Shown here one piece after another: positions 22,001 through 31,133 of a stretch of 42,537 nt of DNA. How positions within the stretch are numbered: position 1 is the stretch's first letter; every line of letters begins with the position of its first letter. Location: positions 1 to 42,537 of the forward strand of contig CAJFCJ010000097.1 of assembly GCA_904063045.1 (NCBI GenBank). The letters are read 5' to 3'. Both the position numbers and the translations under genes were made by a program. The DNA comes from Dimorphilus gyrociliatus. Its lineage: Eukaryota > Animalia > Annelida. The notes under the pieces were generated by a model. It saw nothing but the letters and a program-made list of their open reading frames with translations, was not told the DNA's origin and made no database searches.

Positions 22001-22653
22001 TTAAACAGTGTTCAGCACTAGAAAATATTGATTTCTCAACCAATCAGCATATGGGGAATGGCTTTAAGGTGATATGTGATGGACTCAAATACTCTTCAAA
22101 CTCTTTAAAAAACATTGATTTTTCACACTGTGATTTAAATGATGAACAAGCTAAATGTCTAGGAGAAACATTTAAACTGTGTTCAGCACTAGAAAATATT
22201 CATTTGAAAGGCAATGAGAATATGGGCAATAGCTTTAAAGTGATATGTGATGGATTCAAATCTTCTAGCAGATTGCTGAAAGAAATTGATTTTAGTTTTT
22301 GCAATTTGCAAGAACAGCAAAAACAATATCTAGAGTATTGCTGTTCATTGAAAAAAATCAATTTATCTAATAATCCTGATATAGCAGTTACCTCTAAATT
22401 TAAAGAAAATAACAGTTCAGTTAATGGAGAAAGAGATGCTTATCATTCGATAAAAGAAAGTCTTCAGTGCAAAATTTGTCTTGGTAAAATGGCAAATATT
22501 TTATTATTACCATGTAATCATGTCGTTTCGTGTAAACAATGTCTTTTAAGTTTACAGAGCGCAGACTGTCCCCTATGTAGACAAAATATTAGGGGCTATG
22601 TGGTAATAATATCAGATTTAGACAATTTTGATATAAATTTTGAACAAGATTAA
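19027..22653 (+). CDS. Intronless NLR-like protein: putative death-fold N-terminus, NACHT, RI-like LRRs, C-terminal IAP-type RING (1208 aa)
   Basis: Walker A is GEPGIGKS, Walker B is ILFLDGADE, and the PLL and winged-helix FYHLSFQEYFSA motifs are present. There are about 3.5 57-aa LRR units (MGNGFKVICDGLKSSS...). The C3HC4 RING is CKIC...LPCNH...CKQC...CPLCR...I (about 22468-22608). The ~95-aa helical N-terminus is only CARD/death-like by pattern. Confidence 0.93.
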   Translation: MNSRDWLCFNYYIPNILMLLNETYNFKKICINLVSKQFIQIEKAKILEEQYKAEKTAATKDIIKILNAGTLKDVIEILRDLDNKLAKYLSDQEFVWKRLISDTKEERKKDFTTIKLLPFNKTKQVKLTDILTDIKISNIFEKHISDSELVNTEIYYENFYEIFYTDFNKILIQGEPGIGKSVHMKHLLYMWANERWIADQEKLCIFIILRNVNGNRSIYEEIYRQNFKNINYINEHIIELFFKEKQKDIILFLDGADEFHHPTHKFNDIIEGANCNIPTAIWTRNWKGEEIITTCDYAFELTGWGNVQIKQFFQKCFLTNSNKKGIEFLENVKKHPKIQNLCQVPLLAMILFFIWEEKGDFLNKTLFQIYEDFVCIIQEKNLETINNNDVDMEDIYKSCFFNLSTSKIILDFYTDKNTIMYTSLKGIFDVIPAKFKKNELQFYHLSFQEYFSAKYLIKEFKNKSKKTIWTLTTLLDKEKTLDELFKENNNIRTYNTLDFVQQYSKSIFQNILLSSQFAQQLFDCSETVQNYLSNGLESNQEINLKNEDLNDTIVGLLIEINGSCLLNISIQNTKINITFLLKQLALYSPLLEKIEIENKDFYFSYQMIFEELLPLITSTRITYFIVHDIEVLVRKRNNNNNCVPSKEQIEKLEISNNEYNTEWLIEVTFGNDQFTSLTDISYNSEIFYQRAPLTFIEKQESLHEIILQNKLLSGNEMEDLFNILKFKREHHKFNKIVIQNSSIINLNNQFFRECYIYISNNLTNQLPFHSYDDDIMTPNIIQIKLFNEKLKICLNSTEANKRVDEKELIELNKNTIECLYNALKEKFVNMLYFPIELNNLKYNTSYRDILTDLFEILCQTLEIFNIEHHTEFENEQGTISQLLTKCTNIKTLLFESYIKANIYFNFTSFKDTLRNIIIVDCKLNIQDSKTLGENLQKCSFLRYVNLSKNKDMGNGFKVICDGLKSSSKCLKIIKLGCCDFNDELAKCLGETLKQCSALENIDFSTNQHMGNGFKVICDGLKYSSNSLKNIDFSHCDLNDEQAKCLGETFKLCSALENIHLKGNENMGNSFKVICDGFKSSSRLLKEIDFSFCNLQEQQKQYLEYCCSLKKINLSNNPDIAVTSKFKENNSSVNGERDAYHSIKESLQCKICLGKMANILLLPCNHVVSCKQCLLSLQSADCPLCRQNIRGYVVIISDLDNFDINFEQD

Positions 22654-22994
22654 TGTGCACTTAGAAATATCAACATAATAATATTTAGACTTTAGATATT
22701 ATAGAACTTTAGAAAGGCTTTTATTTAGTAGAAATAGAGCCAGATTGGTAAATGATTGGAAAGGACAAATATTATATAATTAAATAGAAATTCCTACAAT
22801 TACAATACAACAAAGTACAATTAATTAAAATAAAGGATGAAATCTTCAAACATATGCATAAATGGTCAATGGAAACTGAGGTGGATACTACTTTTTATTT
22901 GACAAAACCTTAATGGCTAATGATCTTTGGTTATAAATTATTTAATCTAATGTTCAACTATTCAGCAATGATTTTACTTTCTTAACTAAAAATA

Positions 22995-23114
22995 CAGTGG
23001 TGAAAGAAATTTTTGTTTGATGGAATATTTTTTTAAAACAAGGCCATTGATTACCCTTCAACATAGCCCTTACAAAAAAATATTCCATCGAACGAAAAAT
23101 TTCTTTCACCACTG
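22995..23114. mobile_element. 120-bp Tc1/mariner-type MITE
   Basis: The ~40-bp TIR CAGTGGTGAAAGAAATTTTT(C)GTT(T/C)GATGGAATATTTTTT is near perfect and is flanked by TA on both sides. Confidence 0.92.
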
Positions 23115-23695
23115 TATATACTATGTTACTGATTCTACTGGAATGTTGAACTTCAAACAGTAAAATTGGATTAACAACTCAATTTATTCTATTCATGTGT
23201 GTCTATTACCTTCAAAACGAAATTCTTTCTTTAGATATTTTCTCAAATTATTAAAAAAAACTTTTTAATTTAGTATCTCAAAGTTTATCCTATAAAACTG
23301 GAAATTAAGTGACAGTAATAAACTACCTTTACAATAATGTTAGTTGAGTGACCATTTCTGGAAATTTTTTACATACTTATGTTGTCTGTTCTTAATTTGA
23401 ATTTTTGCCAACAAAGAAGATACCAATAATCTTTCAAGCCACATAAATAATTAAAGGCAGACTTTTACATTATGCATTACAATATTTGTGCACTTTGTGT
23501 ATTTGAGAACTTGTGAAATAATAAATGACTTTTTGTTTGAATAGATTAGGGTTAGATCTTGGGATTATGATTTGCCAATCAGGGACTGACTAACAAACCC
23601 TTAGTGCACTCACACTGTAAGCCTAGACAAAATGTATCCTGGACAGATTGTCTCTTGAGCTAGAGAAGTGATATAATTTCTTTATTGTACTAAAT

Positions 23696-23775
23696 GGGGT
23701 CAGGACATTTTGGCCCAGGACATTTCGGTCCGGGACAGTTCTGCCCACTTTTGGACATTTCGGCCCATTCTAAGG
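23696..23775 (+). mobile_element. MULE-type terminal region with tandem GGACATTT(C/T)GGNCC repeats
   Basis: It begins GGGGTCA like the 7036 MULE terminus, followed by four ggaca(t/g)tt...gNcc units. A partner TIR was not identified. Confidence 0.65.
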
Positions 23776-23814
23776 CAATCATACCAAAGGCCTTGTGTCT
23801 CACTTAAAGATAGG

Positions 23815-24050
23815 TTTAGTACATATTAATTGATAAATCTATTGTTTCTATTGTGGAACAATGTTTTAGTAAATTTCCAATATCTCGACATTGTTCTCTC
23901 TGTAACTTACAATATATGAATTGAATATTTTTCAAGGTATTTGATGACATTTTCAGTCCTTCACAAATAAGTGATATTCCTTTGTTCATTTTACGATTCT
24001 CTGATAAATCCTTTGCTTCTATTGTGGAAGAATGCTTTAGTAAATTTCAA
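23815..24050 (-). pseudogene. Fragment of the NLR-type LRR module
   Basis: DLSENRKMNKGISLICEGLKMSSNTLKNIQFIYCKLQREQCRDIGNLLKHCSTIETIDLSIN* is a little over one 57-aa unit of the local LRR family. Confidence 0.85.
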
Positions 24051-24308
24051 AGCAAATTAAATGTTTCAGTTCATTTTTAAGTAAAATATAGAGTATAACA
24101 ATTATACTATAATAATACAATAAAAATTTAGCATAGTGTGCCTGAGTGAATAATGCAGAAAAAGTACTGTTGTTAATTATAATTGGGCATGCTGGAAAAC
24201 TAGTGGCTATTGTCATAGACTACAGTAGTCAGGTTTAACTTAAAATTTAATTGGAAAAATGTTGGAAAAGTATTTCAGGGTTACATTTAGGTTTAGAGAA
24301 GATATGAA

Positions 24309-26480
24309 CTAGATACTGAGATCTGAAATAATTTTGCCTTGTGTGGTGATGAAGCTCTTGAGCTCAGCCCAATCACCATTATACAATAGCTGGATCAATG
24401 TGCTGAGGGCCTTTACCTCAATATTGGAAACTATTGACATCATCATTATTGGCATGAAAAACATGTTCCTGTATGCACACCTTCTGACATGTGTAATCAG
24501 AGCACTTCTTTTGTCATTCTCCAAATTAACCTTGTTCATAGTGTAGCTGTACATTTTTGGAAGGCATGTTGAGGTAAAGCTAGTTAGAGCTTGATTACAG
24601 TGCTGGGACAGTACAATGAAGAACATATGATCTGATTTGCAGCCCAACTGGCCTTCAATATTTCTTGTGATTGTGCTATCCTCCATAATGTAAGGAGAGA
24701 GTTTACATCTGCTACTATTGCACTTCTTTGTTGGCATGATAGGTAGTTATCCTTAAATTTTTATACTATGATCTTCCATATGTTTGTAGAGAGGTCTATC
24801 CACTTTGTTTTGAAAGCCAAGTTGTGTTCCCCATCTGCTTTTTATGCTGTCTGTTGTCATCCCTATATATGAGATATTGCATATTGAGCACTGTAGGATG
24901 GAGACCACTCCTGCTATGTTGCAAAATATTTTATTGTTGAGAACCCAGTAATTTATTCCATAGAGATCCTCTATTTGCTGTTGCGTGTTTAGTCTTCTAC
25001 ATGTGTCACATTTGGTGTTGTGGCATTTCTGTACTTTGTTGTTCTTTTCGTTAGAGCTGATCTTCCATTTTCTAATGGTGTTTCTCAACATGGTATATGT
25101 GTATCCATTGTCTTTGTTGATTTCTATAAGTTTCTTGAATTGCTTGATTGCTGTGGATGGTTTCTTACAATTTCTCATATATCTTGTTAATTGGCTGAAT
25201 AGGATCCCTTTGAAGGTGTTGTACTGCTCCTGCTTGGCAAATTTATGCATTTGCAAGTTATAACAATACTGGTTCTACTTGAACCTTTAAACAAATGTCT
25301 AAATTCAAAATAATAATACTTAAGGAAATAGCAATATGAGAGTTCAATAGCAGAGTCGATAGTTCTTACTAACAGGTTGCCAAATTACCAAACTGTCTTC
25401 CAATGTTCAGCAGTAGATGGATGGCTCCAGTGGAGGTTGTTTCCAGGTTATCTTCCCAGGTCCTTGGGTCCAGATAGGAATGCTTAGAATGAAAATAATG
25501 AGGTTTTGTATACTTTGAGGTTTGCCTCTGATATCCAATAATCACTTTACAGTTGCCCGAATGTGTAGTTCATATTTATGTTTAGTAACAGGATGTTAAG
25601 AAGGTTAATTGAATTATAACTTGGCCAAACCTTAACTGGTAATTAAAGATGAGCCTTCAAGTTGACTAATCAGACTTGTGTTTGGCCAATGTTGTAGCGT
25701 TTTCTTGTGTAGGTTTTAAGAGGTACAAATATAAGTTGCATTAAATAATATAGTTCAAGCATAAAACCAAAGTTGTACCATGTGTTTGGGATGATTTGAA
25801 TCACTGTTTAGTAAAGTTCTTGAGTCAGTGTCCTTGAAGTGTGTTTTCCATGTCAACTCATTATTTTCAATAGTCATATCTGTGGCCAAGAAGGTAAAAT
25901 GATTTTGGGTTGTATGACCAAGTGAGTTTGATATTCTCATTACTAGCTACTTTATATAAGTCTGAACCCAAATAGCTGACCACTGGTCTTTCTTTCGGTA
26001 TCCTATCTGAAATTCTCTAGTTTTGCTTATATTTGTGTATTATGGTTAATATAGAGAAGATTCTGTTCCCATCATTGTTCTCAGGAGCTATGTCTGTGGC
26101 TGTGTTTCTGTTAATGCATTTCATCCTAGTTAGATGAATTACTATTTAATTGATTCTAGGCCAATGTTGTGTGCTGATTCTACCTGACACAGGTTTGTAT
26201 GTGACGTTGTCAATTAGTTGAACCAGTGCTTCATATGTGTAATCTTTCTTGTCCATTATGAGAATTCTTCTCCCTTTATCTGCTGGTTTAATTATGATTT
26301 CTGGGTGTTGTGGTAGGAGGTTTTTGACTAATTGCATGTCCCTCCTGCTTTGTATGCTTTGGGTGTTGTGAATTGGTTTACCAATAATAGAGTAAATTTT
26401 ATCCAGTATGTTTTTTGTTTCAGGAATATGGCTTTAAGATATATAGTTTAATCCTCTCATTAGATTAGTTATAGTAGGTT
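24309..26480 (-). mobile_element. Penelope-like retroelement, decayed: RT core deleted, two GIY-YIG-like C-terminal domains, interrupted by a ~560-bp insertion
   Basis: It reads IIIKPADKG..ILIMDKKDY (26146-26337), then RPVVSYLGS (about 25990), then KTHFKDTDSRTLLNSDSNHPKH joined to TFKGILFSQLTRY...NGY across the insert. EN1 is CHNTKCDTC...CSICNISYIGMT...KSR, and EN2 is CNSSRCKLSP...GCKSDH...QHC. The QxGxxMG and YxDD motifs are absent. Confidence 0.9.
25220..25780 (+). mobile_element. Full ~560-bp solo-LTR-like insertion (TGTAC...GTAC(C)A) inside the Penelope ORF
   Basis: Removing it, with a 3-bp TGT duplication, restores the in-frame H-P-K-H-T-F-K-G-I of the PLE. Related copies lie at 274-545, 7038-7289 and 30850-31133. 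Confidence 0.8.
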
Positions 26481-26809
26481 GTTATATAACAGCTTGTCAT
26501 TTTTTTAAAGGGTTTTTTCTCTATTTTGGAGTGCCTTCCCTGTTGAGACTTTTAAGCCACTTGATTGTATACTCCAACATATCAGTGTAGTGTAGTGTAG
26601 TGATTTCCTTATTGTGCCAAGTCTAAGCATAACCTAGACCTTTTTCTATAATGTTCAGTTTAACTTTCATAAAAAATGCATTTCAAGTAATATTCACATT
26701 TATTATTGTAGCATTCCTATTTATTTCTATATATTTGCAGTGTCTGATATATATTAATGTTCCACCTATACTGATATCTATAAAAAGAATTGCTTTGTCT
26801 CATTAAATA

Positions 26810-27570
26810 GAAGTACGTGCTCCAGACCTACTTTTGTTGAAGATAACTCTTTTACTGGAGAAAAAAAGATAAAAAATACAAGAACTAGGTTATAGTTCTC
26901 TTTATAAGAAGAAAGAAGATGAGTATCTGATAATGAAGAAAATACTGGCATAACCATTCATAAAAACTGATTTCATCCCTGCTACCTTTGATATTCTGAG
27001 AAAACACAGCATCTGAGAAAAAATTCCTCAGTAATCTAATTGACTATGTGGATAAGCAATGGATTTTTAGAGATTTCTTTGTTCCAAGTACTTAGTCAGT
27101 GTATAGAGAAACAATTAGAACTAACAATGACTTAAAAGGTTGGCATAATAGGTTGAATAGAATATCTGCTAAAGGCTCCTTCTACTTATTGATAGATGAG
27201 TTAAAAAGAGAGTCAGGTTTGATTAATCTGTACAAAAAACTTTTGAGTGATGGAAAAGTCTGCAGGCTTCAAAAGAAATGTTATAAGAGAATTGAAAGTG
27301 ATATTTTCAAATATTGTGATGAATTTGATGTTGCTTAAATAACAGCATTACAACTATTGAATAACATATCTAACATATATTGTGGCTCTTAATTTTACTT
27401 TAATTATCCTTCAATTTTTTTTCTATTTTAATAACTAGACTTTGCATTTCATTTTTTTTTGAATACATTTTCTATACTTATTAAATATTTTTCACAATCA
27501 TAAATAATACAAAGACATTTTTAATTAACTCAAGGAAAGATTTGTTCAAGGAACATTTTGTCCAGCATTC
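26810..27570 (+). mobile_element. MULE transposase C-terminal remnant with a probable right terminal repeat
   Basis: ELGYSSLY...KKILA*PF...LIDYVDKQW...SVYRETIRTNNDLKGWHNRLN...LLSDGKVCRLQKKCY is paralogous to 4650-4880. Tandem tcaaggaa...ttgt(cc)agcattc at about 27529-27570 looks terminal. Confidence 0.85.
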
Positions 27571-27999
27571 TAAGATATGCAGTTTATCAAAAAGAAGCTT
27601 TTGCTTTTTATTGGTCAAACAGCAATTGGAGTCTGTTTTACATTTTTTGGTAAGTAATGATTGTTTTCAAGTGAATAGTATAAAAATATTTAACTAGGTT
27701 TCCTCTTTTTTATTTATTGTTTTATCTTTTGCAACTAATATTTACTATAACAATCCAAATTGGGTTCATTTGAGTCAAAATTGCAGTTCTTATGTACAAT
27801 GCTATATTAGACATGAAATTCAAGTATCATGTTCCTCACCAAATGTTTATGATCATGTAAGAGAAAGTGTGGTGGGTGAGTTTACTCGTTAGATGTAACC
27901 CTAACAGTAAAATCGTAATGTCTTGCTACAGTTTTCAGGCTTGTCTTCATCCTTGTGGGCAAACAGAAATTTCCGAACACTGTTCAATGGCTATTATCC

Positions 28000-28380
28000 C
28001 AATGTTTGAGAGCATCATTCTTAAACAATCTTTCTGTTTCATAGATATGTATAACCTTCAGTAGTTATTCATCTTTATATGTTTTGTCCTTGTGGTTTAA
28101 TGCACACATGAATTATTTATCAGAGTGTCTGTTAGTGTTCTTATACAAGTCCATCAGACACCACTCAAAGTTCCTCTGAGCAGTTGACCAGTTCACTTGA
28201 TCCCATATCGAGACACCAACAAGACTAAGAGACTTGTGTTCCATACATCAGTTTGTGTATCATGGTTTACAGAGCAAGAGTCCCTGAATCATTCTTGCAT
28301 TATATAATCTTCAGCATTCATGCTTATCATACATTCATATCACTACCACCACCCCTACTTACAATACACAAAAAGTCTTT
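28000..28380 (-). mobile_element. Possible decayed LINE AP-endonuclease fragment
   Basis: RGGG... and LSLVGVSIWDQVNWST...FEWCLMD loosely resemble the GGGV and GDFNxPxIDW motifs. There are many stops. Confidence 0.3.
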
Positions 28381-28401
28381 TGTAACATTCAGTTTTTTTT
28401 G

Positions 28402-30111
28402 TCACACACCATCATAAATTATTCTTTCTATTATAAAACAATTTTTAATTAAAATTTCCAGTCTTTTAATTTGTTCTGTAGACAATTTACAATCAGAAAA
28501 GTCAAGACACTTTAAAGTATGTGATGACTTTTGTAATCCTTCACAAATATCAAAAAAAGCATTTTTCATATTCTGATTGCCAGCTAATGTTATTGTTTTT
28601 AGTTTAAAGCAATTTTTTAACAGACTTCCTAATCTTTTTGTTTCTATTATATCAAAATTACAATTAAAAAAATCAAGATTTTTTAAAGATTGTGATGACT
28701 GTTGAAGTCCTTCACAAATGACAAAAAATCCATTTTCTATCATATCATTTTTACCTAATACTATTGTTTCTAGTTTACAACACTTTTTAAGTAGATTTCC
28801 CAAAATTTTACATTGCGCAATATCCAAATCACATCCAAACATATCAAGACTGTTTAAAGTGTTGGATGACTTTTTAAGTTCATTGCAAATGACATAAAAT
28901 CCATTTCCCATTGAGTAATTTAAACCTAAATTAACCATTTCGATTTTGCAGCAATTCTTAAAGAGATTTCCCAACATTTCACTTTGTTCTGTATTCAAAT
29001 TGCAATCATTCAAATCAAAATTATTAAAACTGTCTGATGATTTTCCAAGTCCCTCGCAAATATGGAAAAATCCATCTCTCATATTCTGATTCCGCCTTAA
29101 ACTTAGTGTCTCTATTTTAGAACAATTTTTCAAAAGATTTCCCAAATTTTTAGCTTGTTCTCTATTCAAATCACAATTTGAAAAATCAAGATTTTGTAAA
29201 ATATCTGACGATTTTAAAAGTCCTTCACATATGTCAAAAAATCCATTCTCCATATTTTCATTTTCATTTAGAATTATACTATTCACTTTAGAGCAAATTT
29301 TAAGAAAATTTCCCACCATTTCAGCTTGTGTTTTATTCAAATTACAGTAAGATAAGTCAAGACTCTCTAATGTGTTTGATGATTGTTGAAGTCCTATACA
29401 TATCTCCAAAAATCCTTGTTCCATATTGGTATTCCCACTTAAATTTATTGTTTCTAATTTTGAGCACATTTTAAGCAAACACCCCAACTTTTCAGCTTGT
29501 TTTCTATTCAAATTACAATCAGACATATCAAGACTATTTAAAGTATTTGAGGATGTTTCAAGTCCTTCACAAATATCATAAAATCCATTTTCCAACATTG
29601 TATTTCCCCATAAATTTATTGTTTCTATATTAGAACAATTTTTAAGAAGATTTCCTAATTGTCTTATTTGTGCTCTCTCTAAATTACATCCAAGTAAATC
29701 TAGAGTATTTAAAGTGTTTGATGACTTTTCAAGTCCTTTACAAATATCATAAAATCCATTTCCCATAAATTGATTTCTCCATAGAATTATTCTTTCTACG
29801 TTGGAACAATTGTTAAGAAGATTTCCCAAAACTTTAGCTTGTTCACTTTTCAAATTACAATCAGAAAAGTCAAGAATCTCTAAATTGTTTGATGATTTTT
29901 CAAGTCCTTCACAAATATTATAAAATCCATTTCCCATTGTTTTATTGCCTTGTAAAATTACTGTTTCTATCTTAGAGCAGTTTTTAAGTGAATCTCCCAA
30001 CTTATTACATTCTAGGCCACCTAAACGACAAAAAGAAAATTCAATGCTTTTTAAAGTATTTGATGATTTTTCAATTCCTTCACATATATCAGAAAATAAT
30101 CCATTTGCCAT
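28402..30111 (-). CDS. LRR-only ORF (569 aa): ten tandem 57-aa ribonuclease-inhibitor-like units (171-bp DNA repeat, ~20 LRRs); possibly the 3' part of a truncated NLR
   Basis: The unit consensus is MxNGFxxICEGLxxSSNTLxxLDxSxCNLxxxQxxxLGNLLKNCSKIETIxLxxNxx, in lengths 58 + 8x57 + 55 = 569. There are in-frame stops immediately upstream, no signal peptide and no NACHT nearby. Confidence 0.85.
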   Translation of the reverse strand: MANGLFSDICEGIEKSSNTLKSIEFSFCRLGGLECNKLGDSLKNCSKIETVILQGNKTMGNGFYNICEGLEKSSNNLEILDFSDCNLKSEQAKVLGNLLNNCSNVERIILWRNQFMGNGFYDICKGLEKSSNTLNTLDLLGCNLERAQIRQLGNLLKNCSNIETINLWGNTMLENGFYDICEGLETSSNTLNSLDMSDCNLNRKQAEKLGCLLKMCSKLETINLSGNTNMEQGFLEICIGLQQSSNTLESLDLSYCNLNKTQAEMVGNFLKICSKVNSIILNENENMENGFFDICEGLLKSSDILQNLDFSNCDLNREQAKNLGNLLKNCSKIETLSLRRNQNMRDGFFHICEGLGKSSDSFNNFDLNDCNLNTEQSEMLGNLFKNCCKIEMVNLGLNYSMGNGFYVICNELKKSSNTLNSLDMFGCDLDIAQCKILGNLLKKCCKLETIVLGKNDMIENGFFVICEGLQQSSQSLKNLDFFNCNFDIIETKRLGSLLKNCFKLKTITLAGNQNMKNAFFDICEGLQKSSHTLKCLDFSDCKLSTEQIKRLEILIKNCFIIERIIYDGV

Positions 30112-30309
30112 GTTGTTAAATCCTACTTAACACATTTAATTAATTGTGAAAGTCTTTTAGTATTTGAACATAACAATGTATATAATGTTGAATCTTTTTG
30201 ACAATCCCTGAAGTAACCTTATAACCACTGTTTAAAACCATTTAATTAAGACAGATGTTCAAGAATGATGGTTAAAACCACAGTTAAAACCACTACAAAA
30301 ATATAAGTA

Positions 30310-30700
30310 GCTTTTCAAAAAGATCTCTCACAATCAATTAGCATTTTGTGTGGTCTATATCCATCCAAATTTCTAAAATAATCTCAAAATGGAGAACAAT
30401 TAATTGTTTTCAACATTAAAAAGCAGATATCTGAACTTGAAAGATTTTCTTATATATCCTATTATTATTAATTAAGAAAGGAAAGATTAATGGTACTTGT
30501 TTCATCTTTGCTTTTTAATTTTTGACAAATGCATCTATTGATACCAGTTGATAGAAAGGATCCCTCACGACCTTGAAATCTTAGATTTTGATAGAATTTC
30601 TAATTGCCTTGCTGTTGCAAAATTTGATATTTGATTGCTTTTCTCTCTGAAATTTTCTACAAGAAATTTGTCTGAAATGTCTATGGTTGATTATAATATT
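30310..30700 (-). mobile_element. MULE transposase core fragment
   Basis: It reads FATARQLEILSKSKI/FKVVRDPFYQLVSIDAFVKN*KAKMKQVPLIF...IYKKIFQ...RPHKMLIDCERS. The DGT codons of the first catalytic D are deleted. It is paralogous to 5200-5560. Confidence 0.85.
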
Positions 30701-30849
30701 AAAATCTTTGCACTCTTTTAAACTGAGTGTATATTCTATCTATCTCTACCAGTGATATTTTAAAAGATTTAGAGATCAAACTGATTTTAAAACTTAAATA
30801 TTTTATAGGATGGATTGCTTAAAATGAAATGAAAATCCTTGTAATTCCA

Positions 30850-31133
30850 ATCCAGTTTAAGGTAGGATAGTTGGTATGAAACAGTGAGGATTTATATACT
30901 TGAGGGTTTGTCTTTAGTATCCAATCACCACTTTACAGTTGGCAAACTCTCTAGCTTATATTTATCTTTAGAAACAGTATGTTACTAAGTTGAACACTTG
31001 GAGAAACTAATTAAATCATAGCTTGGCCAAACCTTAGACAAGCTAATCAATCACAACTTGGCCTAACCTTAAGCATGGCCAGCCAAGGTCTGTGTTTGGC
31101 CAAATATAATTGTATTTCTGGATAAGTTGTACA
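30850..31133 (+). repeat. Diverged right-half copy of the TGTAC...GTACA solo-LTR-like family
   Basis: tgagg.ttt.tatactt.gagg.tttg...atccaat.a.cactttacagtt and cttggccaaacctta match 25500-25700, and it ends aagttgtaca at 31133. Confidence 0.7.

Noticed and set aside
24135-24175. cctgagtgaataatgcagaaa near the PLE end as a Penelope hammerhead
   Set aside because: The core spacing is wrong and no stem I or III pairing could be drawn.
27529-27575. Reading this repeat as the left TIR of a MULE enclosing the LRR-only gene and the 30310-30700 transposase
   Set aside because: It is at least as well explained as the right terminus of the plus-strand MULE at 26810-27390, and no matching TIR or TSD was found beyond 30700. 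It was not used as evidence.
28402-30111. Regular 171-bp periodicity as a possible CRISPR array or satellite
   Set aside because: The units are in-frame protein repeats (LRR), with no constant repeat and unique spacer structure, and the context is eukaryotic.
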